Assembly (NCBI GenBank): GCA_027459745.1
Contig: DAIDHL010000002.1
Span: 9,113-73,112, forward strand
Origin: Candidatus Levyibacteriota bacterium
Lineage (GTDB): Bacteria; Patescibacteriota; Microgenomatia; Levybacterales; UBA12049
DNA length: 64,000 nt
Direction: 5' to 3'
The notes beneath the pieces were generated by a model, which was given only the letters and a program-made list of their open reading frames with translations, did no database searches and was not told where the DNA came from. The position numbers and the translations under genes are program-made. Positions 57,057-64,000 of the stretch are shown here, piece by piece (positions within the stretch are counted from its first letter, which is position 1; every line of letters starts with the position of its first letter).

Positions 57057-57707
57057 ATGGCTGCCCAAAAAATTCATTCATCAACACAAAAATTTACCGA
57101 AATTGTCGATATAGTCGATAACATTGTGGTACTGGAGGGCGGCTATGCTTGTGTGGTTATTGAACTCACAGCTACTAATTTTGCCTTATTGTCTCGACAG
57201 GAACAGGATGCCAAGATCTATGCCTATGCGGGTTTACTTAACTCGTTAAATTTCCCTATACAAATTTTAGTACGTAACAAAAGGGTAGATATTACTTCTT
57301 ATATTAATCAACTTGAAGATGCAGAAAAACGCACAACCAACAATCAGTTAAAAGATCAAATCGAGCAATACAAGAGTTTTGTTAATGAAATGGTGACAGT
57401 AAACGTAGTCTTAAATAAGCAGTTTTACATCGTTATTTCATACTCGTCACTTGAAGGCGGTATTGGAGCTATTGCACCAGGTAAAGGCAGTCAGAAAGAT
57501 GCTTTTGTAGCTGCGGCCAGCAAAACCTTATTAACTAAAGCGGAATCTATTCATGGTCAGCTTAATCAGCTGGCGAGCACGGCAAAACTTCTGGAACGAG
57601 AAGAATTAATTAAATTATTTTATGATATTTATAACAACGATATTGTGGAACCAAACCAAATAGTTACAGATATTACAACGCCGATAATTCAGTCGGCAAG
57701 TAAGTAG
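57057..57707 (+). CDS. Hypothetical protein immediately upstream of virB4
   Basis: 216 aa with no TM helix. Confidence 0.4.
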   Translation: MAAQKIHSSTQKFTEIVDIVDNIVVLEGGYACVVIELTATNFALLSRQEQDAKIYAYAGLLNSLNFPIQILVRNKRVDITSYINQLEDAEKRTTNNQLKDQIEQYKSFVNEMVTVNVVLNKQFYIVISYSSLEGGIGAIAPGKGSQKDAFVAAASKTLLTKAESIHGQLNQLASTAKLLEREELIKLFYDIYNNDIVEPNQIVTDITTPIIQSASK

Positions 57708-57759
57708 TAGTAAGGTTATTTACTTTTACCCAACTAGGGAAGTCTGAATTAATTTAAAT

Positions 57760-59889
57760 ATGGCTTTATTTAACAAAAAAAGAAATCAAAAGACGGAGAA
57801 CTCTCCGATGGCGGCTGCTCAAGCAGCCGGAGACAAAGCAGTGCAGCAATTGCAAAAAGGCATGGTCTCACTGGTTGATATTATCGCCCCTTCATCGATT
57901 GAAGTAGATTTTAAATATATTCGTATCGGCGAGACCTACTATACGACACTATTTGTAGTTGGCTATCCACGCTTTGTTTCCACCAACTGGCTACAACCTC
58001 TGGTCGATTTTGATCATACTTTGGATATTTCTATGTTTGCCTATCCAACCTCGGGCGCGGACGTATTGGGAGATTTGAAACGTAAAATTGCGGAGATGGA
58101 AGCCACTATTTCTTCGGATATAGAACGTGGCAAACCGGCTGACCCAACCGTTCAGGCAGCCTTGGAAGATGCTCTAGCTTTACAGGAAGAATTGGCCAAG
58201 GGTATTGAAAGATTTTTCCAATTTAGCTTTTATATCACTATTTCTGCTGAGAGTTTACCTGATCTAGTTGATACAGAAAAAAGACTGAAAACCACGCTGG
58301 CCTCAGTCTTGTTAAGCGCCAAGTCCGCGACATTGCAAATGGAAGATGGCTTTAAAACCACCTTACCGATCGCTCAAGACCGCTTGGCTATCACTCGCAA
58401 TATGGACACCACCTCTTTGGCTTCCACCTTTCCTTTTACATCGGCTGTATTAACGCAAAACAAAGGAGTATTGTATGGATTAAATCGACAAAATGGCTCA
58501 TTAATTATCTTTGATCGCTTCTCCTTAGAAAATGCCAATGAAGTCGTATTGGGTAAATCCGGCTCTGGAAAATCTTATACTATCAAACTGGAAATTATGC
58601 GCCAGTTTATGTTAGGCGCCGAAGTAATTGTCATTGATCCAGAAGGAGAATATGAGACCCTTACCCAGGCTATGGGAGGAGAAGTTGTCAGTTTCTCTGC
58701 CAATGATCCCATTAAGATTAATCCTTTTGACTTATCTGAATTATATGAAGAAGGTGAAAACGAGCTAGGACTAAAAATATTATCTTTGCATGGTCTGTTA
58801 AAAATCATCATGGGAAATATTGACGCCGAACATGAGGCTATATTAGATAAGGCCCTGGTTGAGACCTACCGCCAAAAGGGCATTACCCCTGACCCTGCTA
58901 CACAAAAGAAAGATCCTCCCCTAATGGAAGATTTGTATAAAGTTTTATTGGGTTATGAAAATGCAGCTGCACGAGAATTGGCTTATCGTTTGGAAAAGTT
59001 TATCAAGGGCTCAGCTGCTGGGATTTTCAACCAGAAATCAAACTTTGATTTAAAGAACCCTTTAACCGTTTTTAATATCAAACAACTAGAAGAAGACTTA
59101 CGTCCGATTGCCATGCATATCATTCTGGATTTTGTCTGGACGAAAGTTAAAAAGAGCTTAAAGAAACGTGTTTTAGTATTAGATGAAGCCTGGTACATGA
59201 TGAAGTACCAAGATTCAGCCTCATTTGTTTACTCAATCGCCAAACGTGCAAGAAAGTATTACTTAGGCATGACGACTGCCACTCAGGATGTAGAAGATTT
59301 TCTTTCCACTGACTACGGAAAAGCCGTTTTGACCAATTCTTCTATTCAAGTTTTACTCAAGCAGGGCACGGCAGAAGTTGATATGGTTTCGGAAACTTTT
59401 TACCTTACAGAAGGTGAAAAAGAACTACTAGTGTCTGCTGATATCGGGGAAGGATTATTTTTTGCCGGACAGAACCATGTTGCAATCAAAATTATTGCAG
59501 CGCCTTACGAGAATGATATGATTACTTCCAACCCAGCCGAATTACTTAAACAACAACAAGACATGCAAGAACAAGCCGCAGTAGAAGATGCAATCGCACA
59601 ACCTCCTGTAGAGACGACGAATAGTTATGCTAAAAAGACTGATGATTTAATTGGATCTTTAGATGAAAGGGCAAAACAAATTGCAAATCAATTTGCACAA
59701 CCAACTTCTGCTGCTGTTCCCAATATTTCTCCTATAATAAATACTGAAAATATAACGTCTACACCTATATCTGTTAGCGCTCAGCCGGCACAAACCAACC
59801 TTACTGCTCCAGTCCAATCTTTTCAGCCTCCAATACCAACAGCCATACCTACTCAACCAACACCCGCGGATCCCGCCAAACCGTTTTAG
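57760..59889 (+). CDS. virB4: VirB4/TrbE/CagE-family T4SS ATPase
   Basis: Walker A 'GKSGSGKSYT', Walker B 'VLVLDEAWYMM'. Size about 700 aa. Typical VirB4 C-terminal blocks. Confidence 0.85.
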   Translation: MALFNKKRNQKTENSPMAAAQAAGDKAVQQLQKGMVSLVDIIAPSSIEVDFKYIRIGETYYTTLFVVGYPRFVSTNWLQPLVDFDHTLDISMFAYPTSGADVLGDLKRKIAEMEATISSDIERGKPADPTVQAALEDALALQEELAKGIERFFQFSFYITISAESLPDLVDTEKRLKTTLASVLLSAKSATLQMEDGFKTTLPIAQDRLAITRNMDTTSLASTFPFTSAVLTQNKGVLYGLNRQNGSLIIFDRFSLENANEVVLGKSGSGKSYTIKLEIMRQFMLGAEVIVIDPEGEYETLTQAMGGEVVSFSANDPIKINPFDLSELYEEGENELGLKILSLHGLLKIIMGNIDAEHEAILDKALVETYRQKGITPDPATQKKDPPLMEDLYKVLLGYENAAARELAYRLEKFIKGSAAGIFNQKSNFDLKNPLTVFNIKQLEEDLRPIAMHIILDFVWTKVKKSLKKRVLVLDEAWYMMKYQDSASFVYSIAKRARKYYLGMTTATQDVEDFLSTDYGKAVLTNSSIQVLLKQGTAEVDMVSETFYLTEGEKELLVSADIGEGLFFAGQNHVAIKIIAAPYENDMITSNPAELLKQQQDMQEQAAVEDAIAQPPVETTNSYAKKTDDLIGSLDERAKQIANQFAQPTSAAVPNISPIINTENITSTPISVSAQPAQTNLTAPVQSFQPPIPTAIPTQPTPADPAKPF

Positions 59890-59928
59890 ACGATTAACAC
59901 TCTTCAGACTGTATAGTATACTGAGAAT

Positions 59929-62900
59929 ATGGCTGCCCTTAATTCGCCCCCCGCATCTAAATTTAGCCTGCTAAGATCTCGTGTAATCTCTGGGATTAGG
60001 CATCCTTTTGGACGCCACAATATTGGCAACCCATATCGCAATAATGATTCAAACAACTCCCGCTCCAAAACAACATCTTTGTTTTTAAGTCGAGAAGAGT
60101 CAGAGCAACGTAGATTCCAAACCGAAAGAGCTATATCTGATTTACAAAACTTCTTTAGAGAGAACATACCCACGAAAAGAGACTTACAAAATTCTAAGGC
60201 ATTTTCTTTATGGTTAAGCTCTAATGGTTTGCTTCCGCAATTTAAAAAATTATGGCACGAGAAGATTATTTTTGAAAAAACTTATCATACCTCCTCTTCT
60301 CGGTTGTTATCAAATTATTCAAGTGATGACTCCAGGAATATTTTTTCTAGATTCGCTCCGAGATATTTTCAATTGAGATCTAAATACATACAAAAAACTG
60401 TTGAATCATTAGCCAATGTTGACATGTTGCTTCCATTACTTAGACAACAATTAAATGCTGTAAATCCAAGTAATAATTCAATTAGTACTAAAACGCCTTC
60501 CTCCTCGTTTAGTCTGGATCCAGCGAGTTTAAGATCGACCTTAATGTCTATTGCTACAGCTACAGATCAGATGAGGCCCAACCCAGGCGCCTCATCGCCC
60601 ACATTAGAGAAGCACCAAGAGACAGCCTCATTAGGAAATGACAGTAAAAAAGCAGAGGTTGTTATGCACCAGGAAGCAGTTAAGAAAGTAGACGAACAAG
60701 AGTCAGATAAAAAAAATGATGCGGATAAAACAGACAACCACAAAAAGGATCTTCAGATTCAAGATTTAATAACTCCCGCTCCTTCCGCCAACAATACCAG
60801 TGGCTCTCTGACTCACTCAATCAATCCTAAACCATCTATGGGGTTTGAAAAACAATCATTTACCTTTATAGTTCCGCCCCAACCGTCTCTTAAAGAAGAG
60901 ACTAAGGAAACTCTTCCTACTAAAAAATATTGGTCAAGAGTTTCGAAAAAGTTTTCTGAATTCCCTTTTTTAAGAAGAACTGCTGCCCCAAATCCACTAC
61001 GACAGCAAGTTGATGCAGTCAGGTGGATTAAATACGCCAACACTTCCTTAAATAACTTACCCGATGCACAATTAGCCCAACATGATCCTAATTTCCCCCG
61101 CTATAGAGCGGCTTACAAACAACAAGAAGCTTTTCTGAAGCAAAGAGGATTAAGTAGGTGGAGATCGCCCTCCATGTCAAGCAATCCTAGTATTTCCCAA
61201 CAGAGAGAAATCAGTTTGCCACCAGAAACTTTACCATTCGCAAAAGAAGCAACCACTGGAAGCGCAATATCTGTAAATCTTCAAGATCGGATTACAAATC
61301 CAACTATTATTCCAACCACAGAACCTCTCCACATGCAAGCAAAAAGAGACGCAGCTACTTTGTATAGACAAGCTGGCGAAGTGCCAAATGAATTGTCTTC
61401 TAGTGTAAGACAGGCTCTTGTTGCACGAAATTTATCACAACTTAAACAACCATTTTCAAGTTTACAAGGCCAATTACCAAACATCACTTTTGCACAGATT
61501 CACCAGGGAGAAATAGAAATTGCCAGATTGCAAGCTAAAATTCAATCCCAAAGGCCAGTTACTAAATTATCGACATTAATTACTCCCACACCTCCATTAA
61601 GTTCTGGCCCACAAGATCCCATCAGGCTCACAGTTACACCAACATCTATCACCCCATCTCCTGTTCAGGATGGAAGTAGAATTGACAACACTAATATAAC
61701 TAAAAAAACAAATGTTCCAACTACAATAACGCAGCCAGGTTTTAATGCAACTTTTAACCTTAATATCCCTAGCAGACAGATTCCAGAAAGTGCTTCATTC
61801 AATATTACACATCAGACTAAACCATCCACAATCAAATTTTCCTTTAAGTCTGGGATCCCCGCTTCTAGCAGAAGATCGTTGAGACGGGAAGAAGAAGGTG
61901 AAGATTATTCTTATTTGCCAGAAAGAGATAATCCGTCTTTTACTGACAACTATTCTACTCCCAACGATGAACAAGATACTCTAAATTCAACAACCACAGC
62001 CACTGAGGAGGATCAGTCTGATCCGCAGAAAAAAAATCGTGGCTTGCTCGATACAAGAAGTTTTATTTCAAAGTATAGACTCGCTATCGGAGTTTCAGGT
62101 GGAGCTGTAATGATTTTTTTGCTGGTGTTTGTATTAGGATTGAATGGGGTAGATGCTGGTCCAAGTACTGATAACGGAAGTGGAACAAACGGTGGAGGAT
62201 CTACTTATAATCAGCAAAATGTAGTCTTACAAAAAACAGTTGACAATACAACTGGAAACTCTATTAAGTCGGGTTCTAAATTAACGTACACGATCACTGT
62301 CAATGTGGAAAACGATCCAGTCCAAGAGATTGATGTGACGGACCCAATAACATTTAGCATTAAAGGAGCACCCACCCAGGTAACGGCTCCCTATAGTTAT
62401 GAAGCTTCAAGTAAGACTTTATCATGGAAGTTGACCAATCCTCCTCAGCCAGGTGGATCCACCACGTTAAGCTTTACAGTAAGTCCAACAGATAATAATA
62501 CTTCAATTTATAACATAGCTTACGCCAATGTGATAGGTAGTCAATCCGGAACTGGTAGTTTAGTGGGTAGCACTATTCCTTCCAACACCTCCAACTGCAA
62601 TAATAGGTGGAATATCACCTCAGGGTACCATGATGGAGTAAATTTTGGTGACCCAGCCTGCGTCTTGGCAAAATCGGCTCTAGTACAAAACTATCCAGGT
62701 GCACAAAACTACCCCACATGGGAGAACAACCCAGCATGGCCGAAATCGCCAGAACAGGCGTTAGTTGATTTAGTAAATCAAGACGATCCAGCTAATGCAG
62801 ATTATTGGCTAGGCATATCTGCTTGTGAATCTCAATATGATCCAAATACAGTAGCATCTAACGGTCCGGTCGGTCTTTTCCAAATGGGTCACCCTGGTGT

Positions 62901-63048
62901 GACAGTAACCAATGGTCAGTATGATAATGGCTACGTACAGTGGCAACAACAAGTAGCAAATGCAGTCATTTATGAAAAAAACCTAAAAACGCTCGGAGCT
63001 GCTTGGAAATATTGGGCTTGCGCAAGAGATGTTTTTGGCTTATGGTAA
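59929..63048 (+). CDS. Large membrane-anchored protein with C-terminal lytic transglycosylase (SLT, VirB1-like) domain
   Basis: About 700-aa hydrophilic N-terminal part, single TM (LAIGVSGGAVMIFLLVFVLGL), Ig-like surface repeat, then 'ISACESQYDPNTVASNGPVGLFQMG' SLT catalytic-Glu/GLxQ motif. Confidence 0.6.
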   Translation: MAALNSPPASKFSLLRSRVISGIRHPFGRHNIGNPYRNNDSNNSRSKTTSLFLSREESEQRRFQTERAISDLQNFFRENIPTKRDLQNSKAFSLWLSSNGLLPQFKKLWHEKIIFEKTYHTSSSRLLSNYSSDDSRNIFSRFAPRYFQLRSKYIQKTVESLANVDMLLPLLRQQLNAVNPSNNSISTKTPSSSFSLDPASLRSTLMSIATATDQMRPNPGASSPTLEKHQETASLGNDSKKAEVVMHQEAVKKVDEQESDKKNDADKTDNHKKDLQIQDLITPAPSANNTSGSLTHSINPKPSMGFEKQSFTFIVPPQPSLKEETKETLPTKKYWSRVSKKFSEFPFLRRTAAPNPLRQQVDAVRWIKYANTSLNNLPDAQLAQHDPNFPRYRAAYKQQEAFLKQRGLSRWRSPSMSSNPSISQQREISLPPETLPFAKEATTGSAISVNLQDRITNPTIIPTTEPLHMQAKRDAATLYRQAGEVPNELSSSVRQALVARNLSQLKQPFSSLQGQLPNITFAQIHQGEIEIARLQAKIQSQRPVTKLSTLITPTPPLSSGPQDPIRLTVTPTSITPSPVQDGSRIDNTNITKKTNVPTTITQPGFNATFNLNIPSRQIPESASFNITHQTKPSTIKFSFKSGIPASSRRSLRREEEGEDYSYLPERDNPSFTDNYSTPNDEQDTLNSTTTATEEDQSDPQKKNRGLLDTRSFISKYRLAIGVSGGAVMIFLLVFVLGLNGVDAGPSTDNGSGTNGGGSTYNQQNVVLQKTVDNTTGNSIKSGSKLTYTITVNVENDPVQEIDVTDPITFSIKGAPTQVTAPYSYEASSKTLSWKLTNPPQPGGSTTLSFTVSPTDNNTSIYNIAYANVIGSQSGTGSLVGSTIPSNTSNCNNRWNITSGYHDGVNFGDPACVLAKSALVQNYPGAQNYPTWENNPAWPKSPEQALVDLVNQDDPANADYWLGISACESQYDPNTVASNGPVGLFQMGHPGVTVTNGQYDNGYVQWQQQVANAVIYEKNLKTLGAAWKYWACARDVFGLW

Positions 63049-63577
63049 ACTTATGAGTACAAAGTTAAAAGTATTATATACTCTAATATTCTTATCGGTA
63101 TTAATAATGATTGCTATAATTGTTGGCATGTTAGCCTCATATAACAATAAAGACTTATCTAATATTACCCCCCCACCTCTTCCTTCGCCGGTTATATCTA
63201 TGACTACACCAACACTCCCTCCTCAACAATCAATAGAATCATTGGTTAATAGAGTAAACAATAAAAAGCCACTCGACACGTCTGATGACACGATTAGGAA
63301 AAGTTTAATTACTAAAGCCAATCAAAATGGGCTTGTTATACATACTAACGATTACAATATTAATTACTCCAAAGACGCAAATGTTTTTCAAATAGAACTA
63401 TTAACACAAGATATTACTCCTGCCATAACTAAGGCTATCTCCTGGTTTAGAGACTTAGGTATGAGTAATCAAGGAATGTGCAATCTGCCACTCATAATAT
63501 ATAGAGATCCAAAGGCATTTAATCCAAATCTTAAGGCAGGAATGGAATTCTATTCATTACCCTTTACGTGTCAATAA
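63029..63577 (+). CDS. Hypothetical single-TM protein
   Basis: 182 aa with an N-terminal TM helix. Overlaps the upstream stop. Confidence 0.35.
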   Translation: MFLAYGKLMSTKLKVLYTLIFLSVLIMIAIIVGMLASYNNKDLSNITPPPLPSPVISMTTPTLPPQQSIESLVNRVNNKKPLDTSDDTIRKSLITKANQNGLVIHTNDYNINYSKDANVFQIELLTQDITPAITKAISWFRDLGMSNQGMCNLPLIIYRDPKAFNPNLKAGMEFYSLPFTCQ

Positions 63578-63582
63578 ATCTT

Positions 63583-64000
63583 ATGAAAAGAATACTTTTA
63601 TTTTTATTATCTTTTACATTTATTTTTATTTCATCAGGATTAGTTTTCGCGCAAGACTCTAACAGCAATTGTGTTATTACCAATATTGGCACTGGTAATC
63701 CAAATGCTATACCTCCAAATTGTTCACAGAACTCTAGTAGTGGTACATCAAATATGGCTAGTACGGCCATGGCATTATTCGACGCAGGCAGCCCATGTGG
63801 TGACATAAATAAAAGCACGTATAATTGTATGATAAGAAATATTAAATACTCTTCAATGCCATACCCTGAAGCAGCCGCAAGCAACATATCAAATGGGGTA
63901 AACAATGTGGTAGATCCTTATCAGTGCATCAACTTTGTAGAATCAACAGTTGCAGGAACTTACGGAAATATCTGGGACTCATGGAACAACGCCAACTGGT
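63583..64000 (+). CDS. Secreted CHAP-domain-like peptidoglycan hydrolase (partial, continues past window end)
   Basis: Clear signal peptide (MKRILLFLLSFTFIFISSGLVFAQD). '...DPYQCINFVESTVAG' resembles the CHAP catalytic Cys block. Open to the window edge. Confidence 0.45.
   Translation, partial: MKRILLFLLSFTFIFISSGLVFAQDSNSNCVITNIGTGNPNAIPPNCSQNSSSGTSNMASTAMALFDAGSPCGDINKSTYNCMIRNIKYSSMPYPEAAASNISNGVNNVVDPYQCINFVESTVAGTYGNIWDSWNNANW

Noticed and set aside
63564-63905. 113-aa minus-strand ORF at the window end
   Set aside because: The plus strand from 63583 encodes an uninterrupted protein with a textbook signal peptide and CHAP-like Cys block. The minus-strand ORF is its shadow.

Overview
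This 64 kb window is AT-rich and looks like it comes from a small-genome, CPR-like bacterium. Standard TGA/TAA/TAG stops are used, and many small membrane proteins are present. The following calls come from motifs and gene arrangement, without database searches.

- Housekeeping block (1-27 kb): DNA ligase, Fic, RecF, archaeal-type UMP kinase, Fpg, FabD-like protein, GT4 glycosyltransferase, 5'-3' exonuclease, FtsH, TrpS, Tgt and MurD.
- tRNA-rich block (27-35 kb): divergent tRNA-Met pair, FtsB-like gene, Xer-type tyrosine recombinase, LPXTG protein, P1B-type ATPase, sHSP, NUDIX, and four Ser plus two Arg tRNAs.
- Accessory locus (35-64 kb): resembles a Gram-positive/CPR-type type IV secretion or pilus system. 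It has VirB4 ATPase, VirB6/TrbL-like and PrgI-like proteins, SLT and CHAP wall hydrolases, and four VirB2-like pilin-module proteins. One pilin module is fused to an 824-aa surface domain. The locus also encodes two polytopic GT-C-like membrane proteins, a degenerate-P-loop/OmpR-wHTH regulator, and two ~1000-aa proteins of unknown function. No VirD4 or relaxase is visible.

A family of ~80-95 bp nested palindromic elements (termini GTCATTGCGAG / CTCGCAATGAC) sits in-frame inside the PHP-domain and fpg genes, with a third copy between tgt and murD. Several tRNAs show unusual anticodons or arms.
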